Shown here: piece by piece, positions 18,973 through 28,958 of the stretch
How positions within the stretch are numbered: the stretch's first letter is position 1
Layout of the letters: the number at the start of each line of letters is the position of its first letter
Assembly: GCA_965219025.1 (NCBI GenBank)
Contig: OZ244716.1
Coordinates: 102,726-166,725 of the forward strand
Origin: Dehalococcoidia bacterium
GTDB taxonomy: Bacteria; Chloroflexota; Dehalococcoidia; Lucifugimonadales; UBA2985
DNA: 64,000 bases
Direction: 5' to 3'
Translations under genes and position numbers: made by a program
Notes under the pieces: generated by a model
Seen by the model: the letters and a program-made list of their open reading frames with translations, nothing else
The model's database searches: none
Told to the model about the DNA's origin: nothing

Positions 18973-20340
18973 CTACGCGGTTGTGGCTTCCTTGGCTTCC
19001 AGGGCATCAATCAGGTACGGCTCCAGCGGAATGCTCTTGGGCCAGAATGTGCCGTTCTCGTAGCCCTCGCGAATCTCCTGCGGGCTGAGGCCAAGCATGT
19101 CCACCAGCACCTCCATGTTGTGCTCTCCGCAGAGCGGCCCGGAACGCTCGACGCTCGTGGGCGATTCCGAGAAGAAGAACGGCGTGTTCTGCGTCAGGTG
19201 CTCACCGATCACCGGGTGCTGGACCGTGGTGTACATGCCCTGCTCCCGCAGCTGAGGGTCGTGCTCCACGCGGTCCTCGTTGCTCTGCACGGGCGCGGCG
19301 GGAACGCCAGACGACTGGCACACGGCGGCCAGCTCGTACTTCTCCAGCGTGAGCGTCCACTCCTCGATGTTGCAGTCCAGCTCATCCTGGTTCCGGATGC
19401 GACCGGCCACGGTGGCGAATCGGTCTTCGTTGGCCCACGCCGGCGAGCCCATCAGCTCCACCAGCGCGCGCCAATCGCTCTCGGTGAGGCAGGTGATGAC
19501 GCACCAGTCGTTGTAGCCTCCGCCCTTCGTGCGGTAGGAGTTGTGCGGCGCGGCGGACGGGCCCCTGTACGAGTTGAGCATGGGGGCCTCCGGCCACACG
19601 GTGCGGTTGCCCGGCGGGAAGTACTCCCGGCGGCTAGCGCGCCCGTTTACGGTCTTGTCCAGGATCGCAGGCCCGGTGAGTGTAATGCCCGCGGCCACCT
19701 GGGACATGTCCACCCACTGCCCTTCTCCGGTGGAGTTCCGGTGATGCAATGCGGTCAGCACGCACATCACGGCGTACATCCCGCCAGTGTTGTCCATGTA
19801 CGACCAGCCCCAGCCCGCCGGAGGCGCGCCCGGAAGCCCGGACGTGAAGGTGAGGCCGCTCAGTGCCTGCACGATTGGCCCCATGGTGTTGTAGTGCTTG
19901 TTGCGCCCTGTCTGGCCCAGCCCGGCCATGCTGACGTAGACGATGTCCGGCTTGATTCGCGTCATCTCGTCGTAGCCGAGGCCCCAGCTGTCCAGCACTC
20001 CGGTGCTGAAGTTCTCGATGACGACGTCCGACATGCCAACCAGCTGCTTCAGGAGACCAAGGCCCTTGTCCGTCCGGGCGCTGATGGTGACGCTGCGCTT
20101 CATCGGATTGGTGTCGCTGTAGTCACCGCCGCTGTTGATGCCGGGAGTGATGCCTGCCGGCGTGGTGCGCTCGTTGCCCGACACGAGCCGGCCGGTGAAC
20201 ATGCCAAGCGCAGGCTCCGGCCACTCCACCTTGACGATGTCGGCGCCCAAGATCGCGAGCCATCTGGTGGCCCAGGGGCCAGATCTCACCCAGGTGAAGT
20301 CTAGGATACGAATGCCATCCAACGGTCTTCGATCTGCCAT
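18973..20340 (-). CDS. Class III CoA-transferase, BbsF-like catalytic subunit
   Basis: LDGIRILDFTWVRSGP, WSYMDNTGG; homologous to the N-halves of the fused paralogs. Confidence 0.92.
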   Translation of the reverse strand: MADRRPLDGIRILDFTWVRSGPWATRWLAILGADIVKVEWPEPALGMFTGRLVSGNERTTPAGITPGINSGGDYSDTNPMKRSVTISARTDKGLGLLKQLVGMSDVVIENFSTGVLDSWGLGYDEMTRIKPDIVYVSMAGLGQTGRNKHYNTMGPIVQALSGLTFTSGLPGAPPAGWGWSYMDNTGGMYAVMCVLTALHHRNSTGEGQWVDMSQVAAGITLTGPAILDKTVNGRASRREYFPPGNRTVWPEAPMLNSYRGPSAAPHNSYRTKGGGYNDWCVITCLTESDWRALVELMGSPAWANEDRFATVAGRIRNQDELDCNIEEWTLTLEKYELAAVCQSSGVPAAPVQSNEDRVEHDPQLREQGMYTTVQHPVIGEHLTQNTPFFFSESPTSVERSGPLCGEHNMEVLVDMLGLSPQEIREGYENGTFWPKSIPLEPYLIDALEAKEATTA

Positions 20341-20386
20341 TGCATATGCCTCCATTGCTCCACTAGGCGTTCCCGGGTGTAGAAGC

Positions 20387-20436
20387 GGGAGTGGTCACCT
20401 GTCTGTAGCCGAAAGGCCACTGTGGTAACCACTCCC
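20387..20436. other. Intergenic stem-loop between the solute-binding protein gene and the CoA-transferase pair
   Basis: GGGAGTGGTCACC...GGTAACCACTCCC outer stem with inner GCC-GAAA-GGC hairpin. Confidence 0.5.
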
Positions 20437-20478
20437 ACCGCTGACTAGCATAGGGTAAGTACGGTTCCTCCCATACCC

Positions 20479-22485
20479 CTACTCAGCCAGCCACATTCGG
20501 TCCGTGAGGCGCTGCTGAGAGGGAGTCCCGAGGTTGTAGAAACGAACTCCCTTCAACTCCCGTCGGACGGGCCACGCCACATTCATCGACCCGAGGGTCG
20601 CGCTGGTCAGCCGCTCGTTCACCATGTATAGCTCAATGTCCCGTAGAAGCACTGCACGCCTGGCGTCGTCCAGCGTGGAGTCCGCTTCCTCCAGCATCGC
20701 GTCTACTCTGGCTATCTCATCGTCCGGCGCCACCCCCACGCCCTTGTAGCCCAGAATGTAGCAGTTCGGCTTGCCGGTTCTTTCGGAGTGCAACCCATTG
20801 AGCGCGTCCCCAGGGTTAGCCGTCAACGTGTTCTCCATCACTGTCGAGGCCTCGGTCCTGATGGTGTAGATACAGTCGGTGCTAATGCTGCCGTACGTAT
20901 CAACGTACTTCACATTGAACTCCCACCCTAGGTGCTTCTTGAATTGGTCAATTCCCCAGAGACTGGGTTCCCTGCGGCTCAACAGCTGAATGACGTACTG
21001 GTCACTCTTGGGGCGATTCCCCTCTCCGAAGACCTCGTCCAGCAGCCGATTGGCCTCGGCTATGTCGGCGTCCTTCGTGGCAGGATTGAACCCAGGGAAG
21101 GCCAAGTACTCCTCCGGTGGGATGCTCCATCCGACGTCTGGGTGGAAGAAATAGGCTATAGTCGCCATCTTGACGTCACCCACCGTCATGAACTTGTCCC
21201 AGTTCTGCCGGTCCAGGAAGAGGTTTACCGCCCACCGCACCTTCCAGTCGTCGAAAGGCGGCCTCAACGGGTTCAGCATGAAGACCTGGATGTGGTTGTA
21301 CCTCACGATGTGCAGCTCGATGATGTCATCGTAGGTGGACTGGATCTGGGCCACCTGGGCCTTGGTCACCCCGCTGCTCCCGTGACCCGCGTGGTGGGTC
21401 TTACCCGTGACCAGGGCTGCAAACTTTGTGTTGTAGTCCTGGATGAAGTAGTTCTCCCAGCCGTCCGCAAATGGAGCGCCCTCTCTGAAGTAGTTCGGGT
21501 TCCTCTTCGACTTTATCACGGTCTGAGAGTCACCAAAGGTGGGTATGAAGGGGCCCGTCCCATGGTTCATCAAATACCCTTCAGGGTTGGCAGTGGACTG
21601 GACTCCAGGATACTCGAGGTCCATCCACTCCCGGTATTCTTTGTTCCACACTTGCATACCTGCAGCCAGCCAACCTATGGTGGCGTTCCTGTGGTATTCG
21701 AACTCCAGGACGACGGCATGCCCATCAGGTCCATCCGGGCAGGTCGCCTCATCAAAGTGGGCCCAGTACGTCTTGTATCTGTTGATGAAGGAGACGCGCT
21801 CGTCCGGAGGCGGGTTGGTGAGCCATTCCATGCTTGACTTTACATCCTCACAGGTTAGCTCTGTCCCGTAGCTCTCGGCCGGAGCTCCATTGTCCTGGCC
21901 CCAACCCTCGGAGTGGAACATCACGCCCTGGCGTAGCTGGAAGGAGTAGGTCAAACCGTCCGCGGACACCTCAAAGCTCTCGCACAGGTCACAGATGGGC
22001 ACATCCCTGATGGACCCCCAAGGGTCCATCATCAGCAGGCTGTTTTGGGCCTGGAACCCTCCGAAGCTACTCGCAAAGGCGCCCCATCCCATGTAACCGC
22101 CGAGCCAACGGGAAACCGGACGCGGGCCAGACATCTTGATTGTCCCGCCGTACTGAGGCTCCCCCCACTCGGGCTTATAGCCCCGGTGATTCTTCAGGAA
22201 GCCGATCCAGTCCGATTCATCCACCACCACCTCCGGCACCGCCGTCGCCGTCGGCTCAATCCTGGTAGACGTCGTGGCCGTTGGTTGCCCAGGCTCAGGC
22301 GTCGTCTCCATCGCCGGGGTTGTGGCCATCGGTGCAAGAGAAGTAGCCGTTGGCGCACTGGTCGCCTCCGGCGGGGGGCTTGTCGCCGTTGGATCCTCTC
22401 CTCCGCACGCAACCGCCACCACCACAATAGTGGCAGCTAATACAACTCCCAATGGCCTTACTCTACTCAAGTTCCGTAACTCCAT
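20479..22485 (-). CDS. ABC transporter substrate-binding lipoprotein, family 5 (orphan)
   Basis: Lipobox AVAC, Pro/Thr linker, PQYGGTIK, DLCESFEVSADGLTYSFQLRQGVMFH, GTGPF, PFDDWKVRWAV. Confidence 0.92.
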   Translation of the reverse strand: MELRNLSRVRPLGVVLAATIVVVAVACGGEDPTATSPPPEATSAPTATSLAPMATTPAMETTPEPGQPTATTSTRIEPTATAVPEVVVDESDWIGFLKNHRGYKPEWGEPQYGGTIKMSGPRPVSRWLGGYMGWGAFASSFGGFQAQNSLLMMDPWGSIRDVPICDLCESFEVSADGLTYSFQLRQGVMFHSEGWGQDNGAPAESYGTELTCEDVKSSMEWLTNPPPDERVSFINRYKTYWAHFDEATCPDGPDGHAVVLEFEYHRNATIGWLAAGMQVWNKEYREWMDLEYPGVQSTANPEGYLMNHGTGPFIPTFGDSQTVIKSKRNPNYFREGAPFADGWENYFIQDYNTKFAALVTGKTHHAGHGSSGVTKAQVAQIQSTYDDIIELHIVRYNHIQVFMLNPLRPPFDDWKVRWAVNLFLDRQNWDKFMTVGDVKMATIAYFFHPDVGWSIPPEEYLAFPGFNPATKDADIAEANRLLDEVFGEGNRPKSDQYVIQLLSRREPSLWGIDQFKKHLGWEFNVKYVDTYGSISTDCIYTIRTEASTVMENTLTANPGDALNGLHSERTGKPNCYILGYKGVGVAPDDEIARVDAMLEEADSTLDDARRAVLLRDIELYMVNERLTSATLGSMNVAWPVRRELKGVRFYNLGTPSQQRLTDRMWLAE

Positions 22486-22634
22486 GAGGCACCTCCAACG
22501 GAGATATGCCGAGAATAGCACCTTGCCCTTCGAAGGTCAATACCGGAAGGTGGTATGCATTGTTCAACTCGTCATACCACACCCAGCCCACATCCCCATC
22601 CCCCATGGATACGGCCGCCAGAGGGTCTCCCCTG

Positions 22635-23063
22635 CTATTGGAAACGTTCCAGAATCACTACGGGTATCTCCCGCGACGTCCTGGTCTGGTAAAGGTCGTA
22701 TTCGGGCCAGATCTCGGCCATTGTGGCCCACACGGCCGGCTTCTCGTCGGGGCCGGCCGTACGCGCCTGCGCCGTGAACCGGTCAGCCGCGACCTGCACG
22801 CCAACCTCCGGGTTCTCGCTCAGGTTCATGTACCAGTCCGGGTGGCGAGGCGCGCCGCCCTTGGACGCCACGACGATATACCTGTCTCCATGCCGGCCGT
22901 AGATCAGAGGCGTGGTGAAGGACCGCCCGCTACGGCGGCCGGTGGTGGTCAGAAGCAGCGTCGGGACGCCGTTCCAGATGTGGCCGTCCTCGCCCTCCGA
23001 CTCCTGGTAGCGGCGGACGTGGTCTTCAACCCAGCCTCTCGGTCGATTGTCAGACGTGGTCAT
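22635..23063 (-). CDS. F420-dependent (deazaflavin) nitroreductase, Ddn family
   Basis: LLLTTTGRRSG, VASKGGAPRHPDWYMNL, YQTRTSREIPVVIL. Confidence 0.95.
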   Translation of the reverse strand: MTTSDNRPRGWVEDHVRRYQESEGEDGHIWNGVPTLLLTTTGRRSGRSFTTPLIYGRHGDRYIVVASKGGAPRHPDWYMNLSENPEVGVQVAADRFTAQARTAGPDEKPAVWATMAEIWPEYDLYQTRTSREIPVVILERFQ

Positions 23064-23093
23064 CGGTTCGCTCCGGCTTTGGAGTCTCGTGCT

Positions 23094-23618
23094 TCAGGAA
23101 AGGGACGCCAGGACCTCGTCCGTCGTCATCACTCCCTGCCGCACGTAGATCTTCTCCGTCAGCACCCTGTGCACCTCCGGGTCGCGGTCGGCGCAGGCGT
23201 CCGTGATCACAACCACGCGATAGCCCAGATCGCCCGCCCACCGGCTGGCCGACAGAACGCAGCCGCTCGTCGAAACGCCCATGAGCGCCAGGGTGTCGAC
23301 GCCCATCTCGCGCAGTGAAACGTCCAGACCCGTGGTGGAGAAGGGCCCTGCCTTGGTCTTGGAGATGACGGCCTCTCCCGCCGCCGGCTGAACTCCGGGG
23401 TGAATCTCCGCTCCGGGCGACGGCTCCGTGAACCTGCCTCCCCGGTGCATAATGTGAATTATTGGCACACCCCGCCCGCGCGCTCCTTCCAGAACGCGGG
23501 CGGCGTTGGAGACCACGGCCGGCGAGTCCTCCGCAACGCCGCTCACGATGTCGTTCTGGAAGTCCATGATGAGGATGGCGGTCTTCGCCAGGTCTATGGG
23601 CTGCTGCTCAGTGGTCAA
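23094..23618 (-). CDS. Isochorismatase-family cysteine hydrolase
   Basis: Intact D-K-C triad: IMDFQND, ISKTKAGPF, GVSTSGCV. Confidence 0.93.
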   Translation of the reverse strand: MTTEQQPIDLAKTAILIMDFQNDIVSGVAEDSPAVVSNAARVLEGARGRGVPIIHIMHRGGRFTEPSPGAEIHPGVQPAAGEAVISKTKAGPFSTTGLDVSLREMGVDTLALMGVSTSGCVLSASRWAGDLGYRVVVITDACADRDPEVHRVLTEKIYVRQGVMTTDEVLASLS

Positions 23619-23656
23619 ATCGTACCTCCCGATGAAATGCGGCTTGCGGCTTGGAG

Positions 23657-26323
23657 CTAGATGGCGCCGCCCTCTGCAAGCACGGCAAGGTCGGCCCTCG
23701 TGAGGCCCAGCTCACCGCACAGCACCTCCTCGTTGTGCTCTCCCACGAGCGGCGCGCGCCGGTAGATGCGCCACGGCGAGTCGTTCCAGATCCCTGCCGG
23801 GCCGGGATAGGTGAAGCTCTTTCCCAGTTCGGGGTGCTCAACGCTCACCCAGAAGCCGCGGTCGTGCAGGTGGCCGTCGTCCAGCAGGTCGTCGGGAGTG
23901 CGTATGGCGCCCCAGTTGATGCCCCTCTCCTGCGCGCCATGATAGGCCTCCTCTTGCGTCAGGCCCAGTACGAACCGCTCCAGCACCTCGAAGATGTGGT
24001 CGGTGCTCTCCTGTATCACCGCCGTGTCACCGTACCGCTCTTCCAGCAGGTCCTCGGCCGCGCCGTAGCCGTCCATCCACTCTGCTAGAACGCGAAGCTC
24101 ACGCGGCGCAATGCCGAAGCCGATCATCAGGTTGACCATCTTCCCGTCCTTGCACCTGAACTGGGTCCTGGGTCTGATGGTTGGGAAGGCGTGCCGGCCC
24201 GTCTGCCTGAGCACCACCTCTCCCCTGTAGATGTAGATGGGGACGGCCGGCTCCGTGGTGAGCGCGCACGCCTCGTGAATGGATGCGTCAATGTACTGGC
24301 CCTTGCCGGTTGTGGAGCGGTACACGAGCGCCGACGTGATGGCAATGTACGCGTAGTGGCTGCCCATGTGCCACGCCTGCCCGCCTCCGCCGGCGATGGG
24401 CGGCGCGTTCGGCACGATCTCGTCCTCGTAGCCGCAGCAGCCCATCTGGCCTCCCGCCGCCAGCTGCACCATCTCGCTTGTGACGTAGTCCCGCCACGGG
24501 CCGGTCTGGCCGAAGGGCGTCAGCGAGCACATGACGAGTCGCGGGTTCTCGGCCCGCAGCTCGTCGTATCCCAGCCCCAGCGAGGGCAGGTAGCCCGGCG
24601 ACATGGTCTCGAGCACCACATCGGCGCTTGCCGCCAGACTGCGGAAGAGCGCGCGCCCGTCCTCCGTTTCGAGATTGAGGGTGATGCCGCGCTTGGACGT
24701 GTTGTAGTGCCAGAAGTAGACGCTGCGCTCCCGGTTTGGCAGGTCGTCCAGGAACGGGCCGACCTGGCGGGCTGCGCCACCACCCGGCGGCTCGATCTTC
24801 ACCACGTCCGCGCCCAGGTCCGCCATCAGCTTGGCGCACCACTGCCCCTTCTCGTCGCCAAGCTCCAGCACCCGCAGGCCGTGAAGGGGACCGGCGTCAT
24901 CGGGCGCGCCGTCTCCCCGACCGGCCGAGGTGGAGGTGACGGCCTTGCGATCGACGCGCGGCTCCAGCTGTCCCGCGGCCATCATCTCATCCATATAGGG
25001 GAAGCGCTCCATGGAAGGCGGCCACAGGATCCCGTCCTCGAATCCGGACACAAGCTCATCGTGGCTCCTGCCCAGGATTCCCTCCAAGATCTCCTGGTTG
25101 TGCTCGCCCATCAGCGGACTCGGTATCCGGTTCCCCGGCGGGCTCTCCGACATCTTGAAGGGCGCGTTCTGCAGCTTGTACGACCCAAGAACAGGATGCT
25201 CCAGCGGCAGGTACATTTCGCGGTGCCTCAGCTGCGGGTCGTTGTCCACCCGGTCCTGGTTGCTCTGCACAGGCATGGCGCGAACACCCGCAGCCTGGCA
25301 CCTCTCCATCAGCTCGTACTTCTCCAGCGTCCGAGTCCACGACTCGATTCCGGCGTCCAGTTCCTCTTGGTGGGTCAGCCGCCCAAGGGCCGAGTCGAAT
25401 CGCGGGTCGGTTGCCCAGGCGGGCCGTCCCATCACCTCCACGAGCCGCCTCCACTCCTCGTCGGAGAGGCAAACGATGGCGCACCAGTCGTTGTAGCCTT
25501 CTGGCGCCGTCCTATAGGCGTTGTGCGGCGCAACGGTTGGGCCGCGGTAGTTGTGCAACAGCGGCGTGCCCGGCCAGTGCGTGCGGTTTCCCGGTGGGAA
25601 CCCCTCGCGAATCGAGGACCTGCCGTTGACCGTCATGTCCAGGTACACGGGCCCGTTGAGCGTGCAGCCGACGATCATCTGGGACAGGTCAACGTGCTGC
25701 CCCCTGCCGGTCACGTTACGCCGGTACAGCGCCGTAAGCGCAGAGAGGGCAACGTACATCCCGCCTGTATCGTCCAGGTACGACCAGCCCCAGCCCGCGG
25801 GCGGCTCACCGGGTAGCCCGGAGAGGTACGTCATGCCGGAGAATGCCTGCGCCGACGGGCCGTTGGTCTGGTAGTGGTGATAGCGGCCCGTGTGGCCGAA
25901 ACCGGCCTGTGACACGTAAACGATATCCGGCTTGAGCTTGCAGAGCTCCTCGTATCCGAGCCCCCAGTTCTCCAGGACACGAGAGCTGAAGTTCTCTAGC
26001 ACGACGTCGGACTCCGAGATCAGCTGCTTCACTATGTCCAGGCCGCGCGGAGACCGCACGTTGACCGTGAGGCTCAGCTTGTTGCAGTTGGTGTCGTTGA
26101 AGTTGCCGTTGGTGTTGAGGTTGACCTCCATGCCCTGCGGGGTAGTGAAGGCCCCTCCCCTGCCGCGCTCATTGAGGGGCCACTCAACCTTGATGACCTC
26201 GGCGCCAAGAGTGCCGAGCCATCGCGCGCCCCACGGCCCCGCGCGTACCCACGTGAAGTCCACAACACGCACGCCGCTGAGCGCGCCGGGTGTCTCTACG
26301 GCCCTGACCGCCGTCTCAACCAT
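23657..26323 (-). CDS. Double-domain class III CoA-transferase
   Basis: Same two-half architecture as 12317-15001 (WSYLDDTGG; GGGQAWHMGSHYA). Confidence 0.93.
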   Translation of the reverse strand: MVETAVRAVETPGALSGVRVVDFTWVRAGPWGARWLGTLGAEVIKVEWPLNERGRGGAFTTPQGMEVNLNTNGNFNDTNCNKLSLTVNVRSPRGLDIVKQLISESDVVLENFSSRVLENWGLGYEELCKLKPDIVYVSQAGFGHTGRYHHYQTNGPSAQAFSGMTYLSGLPGEPPAGWGWSYLDDTGGMYVALSALTALYRRNVTGRGQHVDLSQMIVGCTLNGPVYLDMTVNGRSSIREGFPPGNRTHWPGTPLLHNYRGPTVAPHNAYRTAPEGYNDWCAIVCLSDEEWRRLVEVMGRPAWATDPRFDSALGRLTHQEELDAGIESWTRTLEKYELMERCQAAGVRAMPVQSNQDRVDNDPQLRHREMYLPLEHPVLGSYKLQNAPFKMSESPPGNRIPSPLMGEHNQEILEGILGRSHDELVSGFEDGILWPPSMERFPYMDEMMAAGQLEPRVDRKAVTSTSAGRGDGAPDDAGPLHGLRVLELGDEKGQWCAKLMADLGADVVKIEPPGGGAARQVGPFLDDLPNRERSVYFWHYNTSKRGITLNLETEDGRALFRSLAASADVVLETMSPGYLPSLGLGYDELRAENPRLVMCSLTPFGQTGPWRDYVTSEMVQLAAGGQMGCCGYEDEIVPNAPPIAGGGGQAWHMGSHYAYIAITSALVYRSTTGKGQYIDASIHEACALTTEPAVPIYIYRGEVVLRQTGRHAFPTIRPRTQFRCKDGKMVNLMIGFGIAPRELRVLAEWMDGYGAAEDLLEERYGDTAVIQESTDHIFEVLERFVLGLTQEEAYHGAQERGINWGAIRTPDDLLDDGHLHDRGFWVSVEHPELGKSFTYPGPAGIWNDSPWRIYRRAPLVGEHNEEVLCGELGLTRADLAVLAEGGAI

Positions 26324-26371
26324 TGCTCACCTCCGTATAGCCGCCGAGTCGGCGGCTCGCGCTCGAAAAGG

Positions 26372-26959
26372 CTACCGGTAGTCCGCAAGTTCGATGACGC
26401 TGGCCCGGCATTCGCCCGAAGCGAGCTCTAGAAGCGCAACGTTTCCGAGCTTCATCAGGTTCCTGGGCAGCGTTGGGCTTCCGGGGTTTACGAAGAGGAC
26501 GCCCTGGTGTTCCTCGACCATGGCATAGAGGGTTCGACCGAAGACAACGATGTCCACCGGCGAGCCGAAGAAGTCCTCGACCATGCTCGGCACTGCCCCA
26601 TCGGCGAGCGTGTGTGAGCCAAGTGTGCCCGGAAGGATGTCGTCGCTGAAGCCGTCGAGCTCCAGGTTGTTCACCATGCCGATGGTGTGACCCTCGACGG
26701 GCAGCACCAGCAGCTCGGAAACGCGCGTGTCGCTCTCGCTCTCAAGCGCGAGGGGCGTCGGTCGCTCCGCCTGCCCGCCATGCACGCGGCCAACTGCCAT
26801 CACGGGCGCGATGCGCTCCAGCCAGTCGAGCACGCTGGGAACGTGAATGCCGCCGGCGTGGAGGATCAGGTCTACGCCCTCGAACGCGGTCGAAACCTCC
26901 GGCGGGACCTCTTTCGCTCCCCCTGGAACCCGGGTGTCCGAGATAAGGCCTATCCTCAT
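26372..26959 (-). CDS. YfcE/Vps29-like metallophosphoesterase-fold protein with degenerate metal site
   Basis: MRIGLISDT, VDLILHAG, DIVVFG, LFVNPGSPT framework; most His/Asp/Asn ligands replaced. Confidence 0.85.
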   Translation of the reverse strand: MRIGLISDTRVPGGAKEVPPEVSTAFEGVDLILHAGGIHVPSVLDWLERIAPVMAVGRVHGGQAERPTPLALESESDTRVSELLVLPVEGHTIGMVNNLELDGFSDDILPGTLGSHTLADGAVPSMVEDFFGSPVDIVVFGRTLYAMVEEHQGVLFVNPGSPTLPRNLMKLGNVALLELASGECRASVIELADYR

Positions 26960-27017
26960 CGGTTCTCCGATCCCGCGGTGATGGTTGGGATTGAGCCCGA
27001 TTCTAACCCAATTCCGG

Positions 27018-27042
27018 CGCGCAGTCCAGCAGGCTCAGGACG
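27018..27042 (+). repeat. 25-bp direct repeat, copy 1
   Basis: CGCGCAGTCCAGCAGGCTCAGGACG, identical to 27751-27775. Confidence 0.9.
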
Positions 27043-27057
27043 ACGATTTCTGAAGCC

Positions 27058-27709
27058 CTATGGTACGGGCCTGGCGCTATGGTATCCCTTGGCCAAAATC
27101 ACCATTCCCGCTATTCCCAAACCTGCTGCTACTGTAGCAACAAGGATCAAGCCGTACGGCAAGAGAGCGCTGATACCATCAAGCCCGCTTTCCAGCCAAG
27201 CAATCGAAGCCACCACTAAGAGTCCGTAGATAACCATTGGGATGGATAGAAGGGCTAATGGAGTGTCGATCGTCCTTCGAGCGATAAGAACGTATGCGAG
27301 TCCCACTCCCCACGGAATAGCGACAATGAACACACTGGCGGTTGCAGAAAGCAGAGGATAGAAGCTGATCAGCAAAGTGTCACCTCGCTCTATCACGTGG
27401 TTGCATAATCCGTCCAAGTACGACTCCGGTACTACCCAATGCGTAGCTAACCAGGACAGTGAGAGCAACGATGTTTAGTGTGACGTCGTGCCTCTCCACG
27501 AGTGATGGCGTGTGTCCGGAGACTACAATCACCAAAGTCGCCCAATCCAGGAGCAATGCCAGTTCCAACAGGGCAAAGCCGGCGATTGGGAGCAGGCTCT
27601 TGAATTGACAATCGGGATTACGACTTGTCAGCGATCTAAGGAAACCCCACACCACAGGCACTGTGATCGCCGCAGTGTATGTCGTATGAATGAGCAGGGC
27701 CGTGTTCAA
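27058..27709 (-). pseudogene. Multi-TM membrane protein, probably frameshifted (two overlapping hydrophobic ORFs)
   Basis: ORFs 27380-27709 (SD GAGGAG, TTG start) and 27058-27468 overlap by 89 bp, both hydrophobic; lower GC. Confidence 0.55.
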
Positions 27710-27750
27710 GGCCGTGACTCCTCAAGGTGGCGACGTATCAGCCGCTTAGT

Positions 27751-27775
27751 CGCGCAGTCCAGCAGGCTCAGGACG
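27751..27775 (+). repeat. 25-bp direct repeat, copy 2 (includes the stop codon of the DM13 gene)
   Basis: Identical to 27018-27042. Confidence 0.9.
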
Positions 27776-28673
27776 CGGAGAGCGGGGCCACGCTGAATAC
27801 CACTGAGAACGGCTTGCAGTAGATGATCACGCTGTTGAAGCCTGATACGTCCACGTCTGCGGGGATCGGGTAGTTCTGATTGCCACGGTTGCCCTTCAGC
27901 GGTCCCAGGTCCACGTACTCGTCGCTCTTGACGTCGCCTGAGTCTGCGGGGTCCGGATGTGACGCGAGCAAGACGTGGAGCGCCGGCCCGTTCGTCACGT
28001 TCAGGTCCTCCAGTCTCAGAATGTGGTTGCCTCCCGGCGTGGCGAAGATGGTGGCATCGCCGCTTCCGCGGTGAAAGCTGTCGGCGTCTCTGAACTGCCC
28101 CGCTGTCACGGCGCGCACCTCGCCCTGAGGGTTCGCAAGAGCCGACATGACCGGCTCCATCATGCCTGCGACCTGCTGCATGTCCTCTGTGCTCGCGCCG
28201 CTCATGGCAGCCGTGAGCGCCTCCGTTAGCGCTGCGACGTCGTCGGTCTTCATGGCCGTGATGGACTCGCCTGCCTCCATCATCGCTCCGGCATCGATGT
28301 GCGATGCGCCCGGCATCGACTCCGCCATCGCCGCATCATCCACCATCGCCATGCCGGCCATCACCTGCTCCACGTCCACACGCTCCATCCCCTCCGGCAC
28401 CACAGCCGTGTATGCGAACGGGAACTCCTCCTCCACCGTGACATTGGTGAACAGCGGCGACGCCATCCACCATCCCACCGCCAGCCCGACGATGACCGCA
28501 GGCACCCCGATCACGGCGGATGCGACCGGGTACCTCTGCAACACGACGTACCAGCGCAGCCTATAGGCTGCGTATAGAAACCCGGCAGCAGCGAGAATGG
28601 AGACTGCCCCAATGATGAAGCGATACTCGTACAGGCTGCCAAGGGCTTCTTCGATTTCACCCACGATTCCCAT
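27768..28673 (-). CDS. Membrane-anchored DM13-domain protein with Met-rich linker
   Basis: Two N-terminal TMs, SPLFTNVTVEEEFP, HRGSGDA, NGPALHVLL, DLGPLKGNRGNQNY, IYCKPFSVVF. Confidence 0.9.
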   Translation of the reverse strand: MGIVGEIEEALGSLYEYRFIIGAVSILAAAGFLYAAYRLRWYVVLQRYPVASAVIGVPAVIVGLAVGWWMASPLFTNVTVEEEFPFAYTAVVPEGMERVDVEQVMAGMAMVDDAAMAESMPGASHIDAGAMMEAGESITAMKTDDVAALTEALTAAMSGASTEDMQQVAGMMEPVMSALANPQGEVRAVTAGQFRDADSFHRGSGDATIFATPGGNHILRLEDLNVTNGPALHVLLASHPDPADSGDVKSDEYVDLGPLKGNRGNQNYPIPADVDVSGFNSVIIYCKPFSVVFSVAPLSAS

Positions 28674-28958
28674 CTCACTCCCCCTGTGCGGCCCTGTCAC
28701 TGCGCAATGCCCGTGGTGACAGGGCCGCGAGTTTTTCCTTTGACTCAATTCTACTACAGAGGCGAGAGGGTAGTCTCGTCGCCGGCGCGCCTCCGGCTGC
28801 GGTGAATCCACCGCCAAAGCCATCGCATGCGAGCGTTACGCCGCGGGCAATCTTGTGATATGTTACTCGACGCGGGCGCGTGCAACCGGCCCGCGACGCC
28901 GGCGTGACGAATCTACCACAACCCGCGCACGGCAGTCAGGAGGCACAAGATCAGTCGG

